A DNA stretch of 64,000 nt from Anthoceros angustus (taxonomy: Eukaryota > Plantae > Anthocerotophyta): NCBI GenBank assembly GCA_010909165.1, contig VJWM01000317.1, positions 1 to 64,000 on the forward strand. The letters are read 5' to 3'. Shown one piece after another: positions 23,779 through 38,300 of the stretch. The notes beneath the pieces were generated by a model. That model had not been told where the DNA came from, ran no database searches, and saw nothing but the letters and a program-made list of their open reading frames with translations. The position numbers and the translations under genes are program-made. Within the stretch, counting starts at the first letter, position 1, and every line of letters starts with the position of its first letter.

Positions 23779-24538
23779 GGAATCACGCTTGATGGAAGGA
23801 ACGAGCGGAGGCAAGCGTGCATCAACGGCGGATCTTCCCAAGGGAGCCCTTACCCTTATGCAAGGGCATGAAGGCTAAGTCTAAGAACGGTTGGACGGAC
23901 CAAATCTTGGAGCCCCAAGTGGAGATTGTTCACAAGAATTGTTTTGGGCTTGGTGAGCAATCCAAGGGTGTCATATTTCAGACTACCTTCCTCCATTTTC
24001 TATGGAAGATCACTCAAGGAGCGAAGCCGGATTGGGGCTCATCATGTATGAAGCATACACCTACCACCGGAAAAGTTGTCAAACCCAACGCGGATGAAGA
24101 GTCCAAGCTATATCTTAGCACTTATCTAGTGCATTTGTGGGAAGTAGAGGGCTACTCACAAGTAAGGAGTTGGATGATTCCAAGCATCCCTTTAACATTG
24201 TGTACTTACGTGAGAGGGACAGGAGTGCTTGGTGCTTTGCCTAAAGGAGGTGCCGAAGCACCACCGGACATTATTGCCGGAAGGAATCCTCCAAAGATAG
24301 GCCGAGGATGCAGGAGGACTTGCAAGGAGAAGTTGTAGGGGATTTGAAGTTTGGACCGGAGGATGCGGAGATGGAAGGTAGGATAGATCCTACCATGGTA
24401 GGACATCCTCCTCGGTGGTAGGAGTTTCTCCTACGGTGGTAGGATCTCTCCTACCCTCTCCTACCATGGTAGGACACCTCCTACCATGGTAGGAGTTTCT
24501 CCTACCACGGTAGGAAGTAGTCCTACGGAGCACCTCCT
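23770..24538 (+). mobile_element. Plus-strand ORF2 segment flipped back inside the inverted copy
   Basis: ORF 23817-24338 matches 10330-10880. Bounded by 9-nt microhomologies GAGGATAGC and GCACCTCCT. Confidence 0.8.
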
Positions 24539-27500
24539 TTAGCGCAAAGCACCAAGCACCCCCTGTCCCTCTCCCGGCGTAAGTACACAATGTTAAAGGG
24601 ATGCTTGGAATCATCCAACTCCTTACTTGTGAGTAGCCTCTACTTCCCACAAATGCACTAGATAAGTGCTAAGATATACCTTGACCTTCTTCATCCGACG
24701 TTGGGTTTCGCAACTTTTCCTGGTAGGTGTATGCTTCATACATGATGAGCCCCAATCCGCTCCTTGAGTGATCTTCCATAGAAAATGGAGGAAGGTAGTG
24801 CTGAAATATGACACCTTGGATTGCTCACCAAGCCCAAAACAATTCTTGTGAACAATCTCCACTTGGGCTCCAAGATTTGGTCCGTCCAACCATTCTTGGA
24901 CTTAGCCTTCATGCCCCTTGCATAAGTGTAAGGGCTCCTTGGGAAGATCCGCCGTTGATGCACGCTTGCCTCCTCGTTCCTTCCATCAAGCGTGATTCCG
25001 CTATCCTCGCTATCCACCGCCATATGGCGTATGCTCCTTACATCCAACACCGTGGATCCGTCTGTGCTTTATCCTGCGGCCAATTCCTCTTCCTGCTGCA
25101 AATTAGCAAAACACTCTATCAATTCAAGGTTGGTGGACCGTCGCCATACACCCACTCTAGCTGAATATTCTCCTCTGCTGCCCAAGGTCGAAAGTCGAAA
25201 GGTCTCTAGAGGATGGCCCGCATAGCACGTAAAAGGGCATGTCAAATTTCCACCCTCCGGTCTGATCCTCCTTAGACCTCTTGCCCGCCCTCGCCTCCTT
25301 GGACGCTCCTTCGGCTACTACCTCCTTGCCCTTGGTCATGGTAGGCTTGGTCATGGCCTCCTTGGTTAGTACTTGCAGAAATTGAAGAAAAAGTGATGCC
25401 TCCTGCACCCCTGCAGCCCTGCCATTTTCTTATCCTTGCAAACGTTTCTCCTCCTCCTCGGTGATTTGCTCTTGCTCACAGCTCAAAGGTCCTTGCCTTG
25501 CTCTCCTCCTCAGTCCTTACACCTTGGCGTCCCTAAACCCCGATTTCTCCTGCAGAGAAAGCTCAATAAAATTCTCGACTCTTACACCGCCAGCAATTTA
25601 GGAGCCCTTCCTTCACGGTTTCCTAGCAATCTTGCCACGCTCCACCCTCCTAGGCACCCTCACGAGCTTGGTGTTGGGTTGCGCCCCAACCTTCTTCTCC
25701 CTTCTCTTCTTTTCCTCCTTCTTCCTCTCTTGGGCGCCGGATTTCGCCTCCTTGCTGAGCTTGCGCCCTCCTTCTCCTCCTCAACACAGGGGCGGTGGGC
25801 GTGCTGTATGGGGCCTTGGGCAGCTTGAGGTGTGGCGGCGCCTTCCCGCCGTGAGGCCGCCTCTCTTCTCGAGTGGCCTCGCAGCACCGCACCACTTTTA
25901 TAAGTCACCCAAGGGTTAGAAAAAGTAACTACCATTCTATCCTGCCCTTGGATGTGTGCCACGTGGCCCTCTCCCACCATTGATGTTAGTTTCCTAATTT
26001 CCTTATACTAAAATACCATTTCCCTATTTTCTAATTTCTAATCTGAAAATTAGCCTCTAATTTCTTAATTACCTATTTTGGCCTATTTATCTAGTCCACT
26101 AAAAGACTCTATATATAGCAAGCCTATCCTGCCTAAAACATAAGCTACTTCCTGAAACTCTCCCACCGTAGGACATCCTCCTACCATGGTAGGCGTTTTC
26201 CCTTTCTCCTACCACGGTAGGAGTTTCTCCTACCACTCATGTAGGTTACCTTTCTCCTCCTCCTCCTCGGTGGTAGGAGCTATTCCTAGGGTGATCAAAA
26301 CACTAGCGGTCATCCTCCTACCACGGTAGGATCTCCTACCCTCGTCTACCATGGTAGGAGTTTCTCCTACGGTGGTAGGACACCTCCTACCACTCATGTA
26401 GGTTACCTTTCTCCTCACCAGGTCGTTTTGACCCGTTTCTTTTCCTGCATATCCTCTGCCTTCCGACATGGTCCTACAACTCCCGCTCAAAAGGAGCAAA
26501 AATTTCCTTGCATGTCTTCACCAAACCATTTCTAGCAAAGAGTGTGGGCTGTTTCAAACGAACTCATTTAAGCTTGTTGCCCAAACTTTTGCGTTCCACA
26601 TACTCCCTCCTCACTGTTTGCGTCCTCGCAAAACAGATACTGGCTGGTACTTAACCTTCCACCCATTCACTCTAGTTGGCGGCAAATCCCCATCCGGCCT
26701 GCGTGGTTGCGGATCCATTCTCATACCGCCACCACCTCATAAGGTCCCATCCATCTCAACCTAAGCTTCAGGAAGTCCATATACGGCTATCATATAGAAG
26801 AACCAAATCCCGGCCATGATAGCTTCTTGCTTCCTCAACTTCCCATCATGCCTATCCTTTCTAAGCTCATTCAGTTTCTTCTAAAGCATCTTCCCTACGT
26901 TCCTCATGCTCTATGAAAGACTCTAGTCTAACTTCCCACTATCTCCATGCGCTCATCCTCCATGATTCTATAGGTAGGTACTTCAAATTCAATGGAGACA
27001 TGCCATATGTTAAATAATAAGGAGTCACTTTCTCCGCTGTCCTCAAGCCCATAATGCTCTGATCTAAGATCTTCTTCACCGTGATTTACAATAATGGCCT
27101 CCAACCTCTTACGCATGCAAAGCTTCTTTAAGAAGAGAAGCTTCCTTCCCTTCAAACAACGTCGGATCTTCTCATCCAAACCAAGCTTGTATAAGACCCC
27201 ATCTCTTAGACAATAAGGCACAGCTCTAGGGAGAAAGACAGCACGCCCTTCCCTAGACAAACTATCCAACATGATTCCGTGCTCCAAGAAATTTCATACC
27301 TCACCATTCAATAACGTGGACATGGGAGTCCTTCACGTTCTAATCTCCTCCTTCCACGCATACCACGTCGCCTCCTGCTAGCTCGCCCACCAGCAGCCCA
27401 GGCGTTGTTCCATCCACAAATCCAGTTTCTCCCGCTTTGTCCATCGCAAGTTTTGAGCTGCGGTTTGCATGCTCCTCCTCCAACAATGTTCGGATTTCTT

Positions 27501-30240
27501 CCATTCCTGCTAGTCTAGCCTCGTGTCCAGGTCCAGCTCTTGCTCCCATGGCGACCTCCTTGCCTGTTTGCACCTCCATGGCCACCTCATGAGTGATTTC
27601 CCATGAATCTGCCATTTTCTTCTCCTGCCGTTTTGCTCAAGCTTCTCATGGGATGCATCTCCTTCCTCGCCCTCTGGCGCACCTACCTCCCTAGGGCCTC
27701 TCCTCCTCGCCCCATGGCGCCTGGCGACCTGCCAAGTGGGCGCCTTTTCTTTGCTTGCGACGCTCCCATATCCGCTTCTTTCTTTTGCCAACGTCTGGCC
27801 TCCACTTGCAGCCCTCCTGACTGCTCACCCTTGAGGAGCATTCCAGCCTCCTCCTCGCGCCCATACTGGCGCCCTTTTATCCCCTCTCGGATTTCCAGAT
27901 TGTCCTGCTGCAGCCTTTCCTGCACAACGCTCCCTTCTTGCTCATTTGACCTCTCTGCTGGCAGCAAGGCTTGCTGATCAATCCTTAGGCCGTCTACAAC
28001 ATGCTCACGTCCTCCCCCTTCAACCCAGGCCGTGGCAACCAACTCCTCGTCAGAAAATCGGTCATCTGTGGCCTCAAGTCGCTCTCCGCCAAAAAATGAA
28101 ACCCGCATTCTCATGCTCTTCCCGCACCTTCTTAAACTCTACCATCTCCTCTACACTTAGAAATCTTCACCACCTTACCACATTCTAGCTCTAATTTTTC
28201 TATAGGACATGGATCTACATGTGTTCCCTCTAACTCCTTCCTACAGTGTTTCCCGAACATTTATCAAGAAAGTTCATATCATAGGCCTTGCTTTTGCAGA
28301 AGGCTACATCCTTCTGGCGGCCGTGGTGGTACTCTCTCCTCTATGTAATCATACAAAGACTCCCTCCTCTTCCTTTGCAGAGTCCTCAACCGGACCAACG
28401 TGTGATGTGCATAGCTTAAGCCACAAAACCGGTCCAAAGATACAGCTCTCAAATCATCCCAATCCAATGGTGATGCAGCTCCATACGTGTGACTATACCA
28501 CTGCTGGCCATGACCTCAAGTACTCTAGGAAAATTTGGAGACAATCCACGAGGCTTCCAAATTCGCATGAGTCACATGTTCAAAAGTTTGCACAAAAGCC
28601 TCAACATCTTCACCTCGTTGCTTCTCCCCAAATCTCACATATGCTGGTAGCTGGGGTGACTTCCACCACCTCCACTTCCTCCACTCATGGTTGAGGCGTC
28701 CACAAAAGCGTGGGCACACCTCCCAAGAAACTCCGCACATCGGTAATAAACAATGCCGCTGCAAGCGGGATGTACTATACACAGACTTGGGCACACAAGC
28801 GCCTCGATCCTCTTAACAAGCAAGGTTGAAAGGCAGCAAGATGGGCAATAATTGATCAAGACCTTGCAAAAGCTCACCATTAGATCTCGTACCCCAACTT
28901 CTCCGCCAAATCTCACCCTCTTGCCTTCCTCCTCTTACGACGACCAACTCGAGCTAGAAGAGCTCAACAATCCACGAAAAATCCTCCTCTTGCAAGAACG
29001 GAAGATGTACCTTGAAATTATTAACTGGCTCGGTTCTTGACCCTCACCCTTGATCGGCAACTCCTCGGCAACAACCTCCTTCCTCTCGCTGTCCGTGAGC
29101 ACAACCTCCTCTTGCTCTTAGACAACTACCTCTTCTTCCTCAACGGAACCCTTGAAGATGTTAGCACATGTAGCTTCCTCCAAGAGCTCTCTCCTCCACT
29201 TCTTCCTTTGCACAGCAGCAACTAAGCTTTCTTCACACATGATTTCTCCATTCAGTTCACAAATCCCTTGCAGACAAAGGCGGGGTGATCTCCTCTCAAC
29301 TCCTACACGAAATTACTTCCTCCCTCCCCGACTAGACTTACGCACGCTCACACCCCTCAACACACAACTATCCAAAACAGCAAATCCCTCCTACTCTGTT
29401 CCACTCATGTTGCTTGGTCCGGATGAGCTAGGCGAACTCACACTCCCTTCCTCTCCTGCAGTAAATTCTCCAACCAAAGTTCTCTGGAGAAAGGGTGTCC
29501 TGCAAAAAGATTGGGGACTTGTGGGATGGTGTCTCCCTAGGTGTGCGTCCCAAGGCGTGAGCTGAGCGGTGATTCTATCAAGCGCTCCGCAAGATCTTGA
29601 CCACAGAAATTCTCGCACCCACCTTCTTCACTGCTTGGAAGTTGAGCTAGATCCACCACTCGAAGGTCCAGCGTTGAGAAGGCCCAGCTGGTAGCTGAAC
29701 TTGAATCGTGCTCGAAGCGGTGCTTCCTCCTCGCTTTCCTCTTCACATACCAACTCTTCTTCAACCACCTCCTTTGTTTGTCGGTGATTTTGGCGTCCCT
29801 TCTCCGGCGCCTGATCACTTGGCTCCCCTTGTAGGCAAGGGCAAAACGGCCTCCTCAAGCGCCCTTAGCTCTTCCTCCTCCTGGAGCCGCGTGCAACCAC
29901 CGCGTTTTCCTCCCTCCATTGATTTCTTCTTGCAGCTCTTAGATCTCTTGCGATGTGGTGGGGTGACCTCCTATGGTTTTCTCCTCTCCCTCCCTCTGCT
30001 AGACATGCAAGCATCCTCATAGCCTCCAAAACACGGTTGTTAAAGAAAAATCAGCCAACCGCCATGCGCCATTCTTGCTGCGAACACAAAATCACACCAT
30101 TCGGAGGCGTGGAGCTCCTCCTTCACAACGCACAGGTTCCAGGACGTGTAGGCCTCTTCCTAGACCCCGCTCCACCTCCTTACAAGATCTCTCAGCTCAT
30201 CCAAGCTAGCAACGAAAATCTCAAAATTTCATTTACCACA

Positions 30241-30258
30241 AGTCCCGCAACGGCGCCA
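30241..30258 (-). other. Primer binding site (tRNA-Asp type)
   Basis: Reads TGGCGCCGTTGCGGGACT on the minus strand, 4 nt after the LTR end. Confidence 0.8.
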
Positions 30259-30262
30259 AAAA

Positions 30263-31319
30263 TGTGGGAGGAAAACCCGGGGCACTCCCAGATTCCCCTC
30301 TAGCGGCCACACTTATCCCACTGTCGTGACGTTGGGTTTCGTCCCATGAGACTTGGGGAACTGATCTTGAGAAATCCGTCACTACTACCTACACACTACC
30401 TCAGCCTTCTAAACAAGCAAGGCGCCCTCTCACGCTCCCTCTACAGCAGCTCGCCGCCTGCATCGCTGTAAACTCACCAAACCTCAACCTACAACGACAC
30501 CACACAATTGCAGTTCGTCTTAACGGGTGTCTATCACGGGCGCCGGGGACCCCGACCCACACCGCAACCGTCCCTACTCCTAAGACACTCTTCTCCACAC
30601 AGGGAGCGCCCTCTTACTTGCAGTTGGGATTCGTCCCTTAGGCTCACATGGCCTTAGTTTTCCTACACTCTAATCCTCCTCACAACTCTCTCAATCAACA
30701 ACGCCCTCTTCTTCTCTACTCATCTACCCTTCCTTCCTCCACAATCTCCTACTCTAACACCAATTGCTGGCTCATTAATTCCAACTCGCCCTTACGCTGG
30801 CACAGGGTCCGTCCGAATTAACGAGTTCTTCCTTGGGCGGTTGCTATGTGGTTTGCAGATAATGAGAACCTCCAGGAGTCTTTCCCTGCGTCTACCCTCA
30901 AGCCGAGAGTTCCTTGAGCATCGCCACACACTCAAAGCAAAACAATTCACACAACCATTCACAAGGGGAGCGCTAGTGGGCGCTGCAAAGAGCAAGCCCT
31001 CCACCCGGCCTCACCGCGTTCTCCTCTCTACCGACGTTGGCTTGCGGGCACGAAATTCTGCACAAAGTGAAGGACTCGGGAGGATGGGAGCGCAAGACAC
31101 GATAATTTTACTTCACAAGCTCCTCCTTTTATAGGGAGGTCCTCACCTCTCCCGCCCTCCGCACCGCCTTACTCCTTATTTTAGTGTATCTCATTTTTAA
31201 GTTCGACATCCAAGCATCTTGGGTAAAATTCTATTCTAGCAAATTCACCTATGTGAGCCTTAATGGCTCTGTCAACATTCCTATCTAGCTAGTCAACACA
31301 CTCTCCACAAGCACAATGC
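30263..31319 (-). repeat. Family A LTR, inverted, shared between two minus-strand copies
   Basis: PBS on one side and PPT (reverse complement at ~31320) on the other. Confidence 0.9.
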
Positions 31320-34300
31320 CCTCCTCTAAAGAAAAGTCTTCCCAAGTGGCATCTTGCCCCATGTCTTCAAGCTAATTTAAGGACTTCTTATGAATCCCTT
31401 CCTTATCTTGATGCCTATCTTGAGTTCCTTCCTCCAATAAAATAGCCGGGCTCTCTTAGCCACCGGCTCATCCTCGACTTCTCCTCTTCCTCTCACTTGT
31501 GGAGCAAGTGAGCTCCTTCTGCACCCATGTTAGGAGGTTGGTCTTCTCCTTGTGATTCTTGCTCCATTCTGCAAGATCAACCCCTCTTCCTTCTTTCTGC
31601 AAGGGCCAAGGTACTCGCCTCCCTTGCCGTCAAATCCATGCTAGCGACCTTTGAATCCGCTTCTTCCGGCCCTCCTACCATGGTAGGACCTTCTCCTACA
31701 GGAGTCCCTCCTACCACGGTAGGAGTTCCTACGGGGTCTTCTTCCTTACCCCTTCACAGGGTGATTCTCTCCACTGTGAAGCCCCGCTTCACTTGCTTCT
31801 CCTGGTGCGTTTCTTCACCTGTTGCTTGGGACACTCTCCAAGTCTAAGGCTTCGGTTGGACTTGCATGAGGGCCTCCCTATCATCGTCATGAGGTCCCAA
31901 CATCCTCCTCTCGAAGTCGCAACAACTCGTTAGTGGCCTTGAGCACCTTGTTGTGAAGATGGGCTGCAAATCGTTGTTGTGCCATCTCCAATTCTTCATA
32001 ATCCTCAAGCCATACTCCATGCTCACACTTGCTTTTGTAAGCATCTCGCTCCAAGGCCAGCTCACCAGTCTCGACATGGAGAGCCACATTCTCCGTCCTC
32101 TCACTCTGCACTTGGCGGATCAATCTCTCTTGTAGGGCATAATCAGCCCGAAATCTCTGCTCCCTCACCGCCAACATATGCTGCACCACCGCCTCATGAC
32201 GGCCTTTCTCCTTTGCCATTTCTTCCTCCAACTCCCCTATCCTCCTAGGGAGTTGTGCATTCCCGTGCTGGACTTCTCGTTCCATTTCCAATCTTTGGAC
32301 AAAATGTGTCCGTTCTTCCAGCTCTTCTTCCTTCAATTCCAGCCGCGGATTTCTCCAGCTCCTTTTCCATGTCACTAATCTTCACACTGTGGCTATGACC
32401 CGCTCATGTGCGCCTACTTGCCTTGTCTGCCCTCATTTGCGCAGATTGCTCTCGTCTTGACCTTTCCTCCATTAGCAGCACTTGCTTGTCTTCCGCCTTC
32501 TTTTCCATGTGCGCACCATGTGAGCAAGTTGCTCCACCTTCTCCTCTCGAGCTGCCAATTGCTTGGTAAGAGCCTTGTTCTCCGAATATGATTGTTTGCC
32601 TCCTGTAGCCTTGTTTCAAGACTCTTTTCCAAGTGCTCCACTTGAGCTTCCATCCTCATAACATCCTCCGCACTGGGTTTCCGCCACCGCAATTTCCCTT
32701 GCTTGGTAGGTCCTTGTCTTCTCGCCTCCGTCTTCAAGAATTCAACTCTCCTCTTGGCGGCTCCATCTACCTTGCTGAACATCTCCCCTATGCGCAGCAT
32801 CTCCTCCAACATGTCTAAGTCTCCTTTCTTACCTCCGGAGACTCAAGGCCTTTGCCTTGCTCATGGGATCTTACATCCCTTGCTTCCCTATGATGAGCTC
32901 CCGCTCATCACTTGGTGGGGCAACTCCCACCGTGACTCCATCCGCTCGCCCACCTAGCAGGGCCGGTTGCCTTCTTATCTCCCGCTTGGGAGCTTCCAAA
33001 CCGTGACTTCCTTTCCCTCCTACCGTGGTAGGAGGTGCTCCAAGGACTACTTCCTACCGTGGTAGGACTAATTCCCCCACTGTAGGCCTTGTCATGAGAG
33101 GACGAAGGGGTCCCAAACCACTGGGGAACACCTCCCACCGCAGGCGGGATTCACGCCATGGTAGGATCTATCCTACCTTCCATCTCCGCATCCTCCGCGG
33201 TCCAAACTTCAAATCCCCTACAACTTCTCCTTGCAAGTCCTCCGCACATCCTCGGCCTATCTTTGGAGGATTCCTTCCGCAATAATGTCCTGTGGTGCCG
33301 CGGCACCTCCTTTAGCAAAGCACCAAGCACTCCTGTCCCTCTCCGGCCGTAAGTACACAATGTTAAAGGGATGCTTGGAATCATCCAACTCCTTACTTGT
33401 GAGTAGCCCTCTACTTCCCACAAATGCACTAGATAAGTGCTAAGATAGCTGACTGTTCTTCATCCGACGCGTTGGGTTTCACAACTTCTCCGTGGTAGGT
33501 GTATGCTTCATACATGATGAGCCCCAATCCGGCTTCGCTCCTTGAGTGATCTTCCATAGAAAATGGAGGAAGGTAGTGCTGAAATATGACACCTTGGATT
33601 GCTCACCAAGCCCAAAACAATTCTTGTGAACAATCTCCACTTGGGCTCCAAGATTTGGTCCGTCTGCCAACCATTCTTGACTTAGCCTTCATGCCCCTTG
33701 CATAAGTGTAAGGGCTCCTTGGGAAGATCCGCCGTTGATGCACGCTTGCCTCCGCTCGTTCCTTCCATCAACGTGATTCCGCTATCCTCGCTATCCGGCC
33801 GCCATATACAGCGTATGCTCCTTCTCCAACACCGTGGATCCGTCCGTGCGTTTCTATCCGGTAAGGCGCCACCTCTTCCTCTGCTGCATTAGCAAAACAC
33901 TCTCTATCAATTCAAGGTTGGTGTAAGACCAATGTCGCCCATACACCCACTCTAGCTGAATATTCTCCTCTGCTGCCCAAGGTCGAAAGTCGAAAGGTCT
34001 CTAGAGGATAGCTGGCCTGCATAGCACGTAAATAAGGGCATGTCAAATTTCCACCCTCCGGTCCGATCCTCCGCCTTAGACCTCTTGCCGCTCTGCGCCA
34101 CCTCCTTGGTGGACGCTCCTTCCTTAGCTACTACCTCCTTGCCCTTGGTCATGGTAGGCTTGGTCATGGCCTCCTTGGTTAGTACTTGCACGAAATTGAA
34201 GAAAAGTGATGCCTCCGCAATTCGCACTGCCTTCTTATCCTTGCAAACGTTTCTCCTCCTCGTGATTTGCTCTTGCTCACAGCTCAAAGGTCCTTGCCCT

Positions 34301-35395
34301 TGCTCTCCTCCTCAGTCCTTACACCTTGGCGTCCCAAAACCCCGATTTCTCCTGCAAGAGAAAGCTCAACAAAATTCCCCACGGACTCTTACACCGTGCA
34401 ATTTAGGAGCCCTTCTGCACGGTTTCCTAGCAATCTTGCCACGCTCCACCCTCCTAGGCACCCTCACGAGCTTGGCAAGTGTTGGGTTGCGCCCAACCTT
34501 CTTCTCCCTTCTCTTCTTCTCTTTTCCTCCTTCTTCCTCTCTTGGGCGCTGGGATTTCCTCCTTGCTGAGCTTGCGCCCTCCTTCTCCTCAACTGGCGGC
34601 GGTGGGTGCTGGGGCCTTGGGCAGCTTGAGGTGTGGCGGCGCCTTCTGCTGTGAGGCCGCCTCAAGTTCGAGTTGTGGCCTCCTGCGGGCACTGCGCACT
34701 TTTATAAGTCACCCAAGGGTTAGAAAAGTACCACATTCTATCCTGCCCTTGGATGTGTGCCACGTGGCCCCTCTCCCACCATTGATGTTAGTTTCCTAAT
34801 TTCCTTATACTAAAATACTATTTCCCTATTTTTCTAATTTCTAATTACTGAAAATTAGCCTCTAATTTCTTAATTACCTATTTTGGCCTATTTATCTAGT
34901 CCACTAAAAGACTCTATATATAGCAAGCCTATCCTGCCTAAAACATAAGCTACTTTCCTTAGAAACCTATCTCCTGGTAGGACATCCTCCTACCATGGTA
35001 GGCGTTTTCCCTTTCTCCTACCACGGTAGGAGTTTCTCCTACGGTAGGATACCTTCCTACCCTCTCCTACCATGGTAGGAGCTATTCACACCGGTAGGTG
35101 ATCAAAACACTAGCGGGTCATCCTCTACGGTGGTAGGATCTCTCCTACCCTCGTCACCATGGTAGGAGTTTCTCCTACGGTGGTAGGACACCTCCTACCA
35201 CTCATGTAGGTTACCTTTCTCCTCACCAGAGGTCGTTTTGACCCGCTTTTTCCTGCATATCCTCTGCCTTCCGACATGGTCCTACAACTCCGCTCAAAAG
35301 GAGCAAAAATTTCCTTGCATGTCTTCACCAAACCATTTCTAGCAAAGAGTGGGCTGTTTCAAAGCGAACTCATTTAAGCTAGTTGCCCAAACTTT
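31320..35395 (-). mobile_element. Family A 3' half (ORF3, ORF2, post-integrase region), inverted and truncated
   Basis: Reverse complement of ~8720-12760. Ends abruptly at GTTGCCCAAACTTT. Confidence 0.85.
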
Positions 35396-38300
35396 TATGC
35401 TCGGGGCATGAAGGCTAAATCCAAGAACGTGGCGTGACGGACCAAATCTTGGAGCCCAAGTGGAGATTGTTCACAAGAATTGTTTTGGGCACGTGAGCAA
35501 TCCAAGGGTGTCATATTTCAGCACTACCTTCCTCCATTTTCTATGGAAGATCACTCAAGGAGCGGCCGGATTGGGGCTCATCATGTATGAAGCATACACC
35601 TACCACCAAAAAGTTGTCAAACCCAACGTCGGATGAAGGTAGTCCACGGCCGTGCTATCTTAGCACCTATCTAGTGCATTTGTGGGAAGTAGAGGGCTAC
35701 TCACAAGTAAGGAGTTGGATGATTCCAAGCATCCCTTTAACATTGTGTACTTAGGAGAGGGACAGGAGTGCTTGGTGCTTTGCGCTAAAGGAGGTGCCGC
35801 AGACCACCGACATTATTGCCGGAAGGAATCCTCCAAAGATAGGCCGAGGATGTGCAGGAGGACTTGCAAGGAGAAGTTGTAGGGGATTTGAAGTTTGGAC
35901 CAAGGAGATGGAGATGGAAGGTAGGATAGATCCTACCATGGTGAATCCCGCAGGGTGGGAGGTGTTCCCACGGTGGTTTGGGACCCCTTCGCCTCCTCAT
36001 GACAAGGCCTACAGAATTAGTCCTACCACGGTAGGAAGTAGTCCACTAGAGCACCTCCTACCACGGTAGGAGGAAAGGAAGTCACGGTTTGGAAGCTCCC
36101 AAGCGAGATAAGAAGGCAACCGCCCTGCTAGGTGGGCGAGCGGATGGAGTCACGGTGGGAGGAGTTACCAAGTGATGAGCGGGGAGCTCATCATAGGGAA
36201 GCAAGGGATGTAAGATCCCATGAGCAAGGCAAAGGCCTTGAGTCTCCCGGAGGTAAGAAAGGAGACTTAGACATGTTGGAGGAGATGCTGCGCATAGGGG
36301 AGATGTTCAGCAAGGTAGACATAGGAGCCGCCAAGAGGAGAGTTGAATTCTTGAAGACGGAGGCGGAGAAGACAAGGACCTACCAAGCAAGGGAAATTGC
36401 GGGTAGGCGAGCGGAAACCCAACAGGAGGATGTTATGAGGATGGAAGCTCAAGTGGAGCACTTGGAAAAGAGTCTTGAAACAAGGCCAGGAGGCAAACAA
36501 TCATATTCGGAGAACAAGGCTCTTACCAAGCAATTGGCAGCTCGAGAGGAGAAGGTGGAGCAACTTGCTCACATGGTGCGCATGGGAAAAGAAGGAAGAC
36601 AAGCAAGTGCTGCTAATGGAGGAAAGGTCAAGACGAGAGCAATCTGCAAAGAAATGAGGGCAAAGACAAAGGCAAGTAGGCGCACATGAGCGGGTCATAG
36701 CCACAGTGGTGAAGATTAGTGACATGGAAAAGGAGCTGGGAGAATCACGAGGTCGGAATTGAAGGAAGAAGAGCTGGAAGAACGGACACATTTTGTCCAA
36801 AGATTGGAAATGGAACGAGAAGTCCAAAGAACAGAGTGCACAACTCCCTAGGAGGATAGGGGAGTTGGAGGAAGAAATGGCAAAGGAGAAAGGCCGTCAT
36901 GAGGCGGTGGTGCGACATATGTTGGCGTGAGGGAGCGTAGATTTCTGATTATGCCCTACAAGAGAGATTGATCCGCCAACCGTGTAATGAGAGGAGAGAA
37001 TGTGGCTCCATGTCAAGACCGTGAGCTGGCCTTGGAGCGAGATGCTTACAAAAGCAAGTGTGAGCATGGAGTATGGCTTGAGGATTACGAAGAATTGGAG
37101 ATGGCACAACAACGATTTGCAGCCCATCTTCACAACAAGGTGCTCAAGGCCACTAACGAGTTGTTGCGACTTGTCGAGAGGAGGATGTTGGGACCTCATG
37201 ACGATGATAGGGAGGCCCTCATGCAAGTCCAACGGAAGCCTTAGACTTGGAGAGTGTCCCAAGCAACAGTGGGTGGAGAAACTTCGCAGTGAGAAGGAAA
37301 GCGGGGAAGCTGCAGTGGAGAGAATCACCTGTGAAGGGGTAAGGAAGAAGAAACAAACCACTGTAGGAGGAGTTCCCACTGTGGTAGGAGGGACTCCTAC
37401 TGCAGGAGGGACTCCTACCGTGGTAGGAGAAGGTCCTACCATGGTAGGAGGGCCGAAGAAGCTGATTCAAAGGTCGCCATGGATTTGACGGCAAGGGAGG
37501 CGAGTACCTTGGCCCTTGCAGGAAGAAGGAAGAGGGGTTGATCTTGCGAATGGAGCAAGAATCACAAGGAGAAGACCAACCTCCTAACATGGGTGAGTAA
37601 GGAGCTCACTTGCTCCACAAGTGAGAGGAAGAGGAGAAGTCGAGGATGAGCCAGGCTAAGAGAGCCCGGCTATTTTATTGGAGGAAGGAACTCAAGATAG
37701 GCATCAAGATAAGGAAGGGATTCATAAGAAGTCCTTAAATTAGCTTGAAGACATGGGGCAAGATGCCACTTGGGAAGACTTTTCTTTAGAGGAGGATGTA
37801 TTAATGCTTGTCACCAAAGAGAGTGTGTTGACTAGCTAGATAGGAATGTTGACAGAGCCATTAAGGCTCACATAGGTGAATTTGCTAGAATAGAATTTTA
37901 CCCAAGATGCTTGGATGTCGAACTTAAAGTCACAATAGGATACACTAAAATAAGGAGTGAGGCCGGAGGGCGCGCCAGGGGGAGGTCAGATGTGAGGACC
38001 TCCCTATAAAAGGAGGGAGCTTGTGAAGTAAAATTATCGTGTCTTGCGCCCCATCCTCCCGAGTCCTTCACTTTGTGCAGTGAATTTCTCGCAAGCCAAC
38101 GCAGGTTCGGTAGAGAGGAGAACGCGCGGTCGGAGTGCGGAGGGCTTGCTTTTGCAGCGCGCCCTTGTGAATGGTCAGGTGAATTGTTTTGCTTTGAGTG
38201 TGTGGCGATGCTCAAGGAACTCTCGGCTTGAGGGTAGACTGCAGGAAAGACTCGGAGGTTCTCGTCTGCAAACCACATAGCAACCGCCCAAGGAAGAACT

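Larger units (their letters stand above)
24530..31319 (-). mobile_element. Family A copy 3, inverted (LTR-PBS-gag-[PR/RT/RH deleted]-INT with core deleted-ORF2)
   Basis: LTR 30263-31319, PBS 30241-30258, gag ~28250-28690. The integrase jumps from GGHY..KKILD to the TPYYL.YGM region near 27050. Confidence 0.82.
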
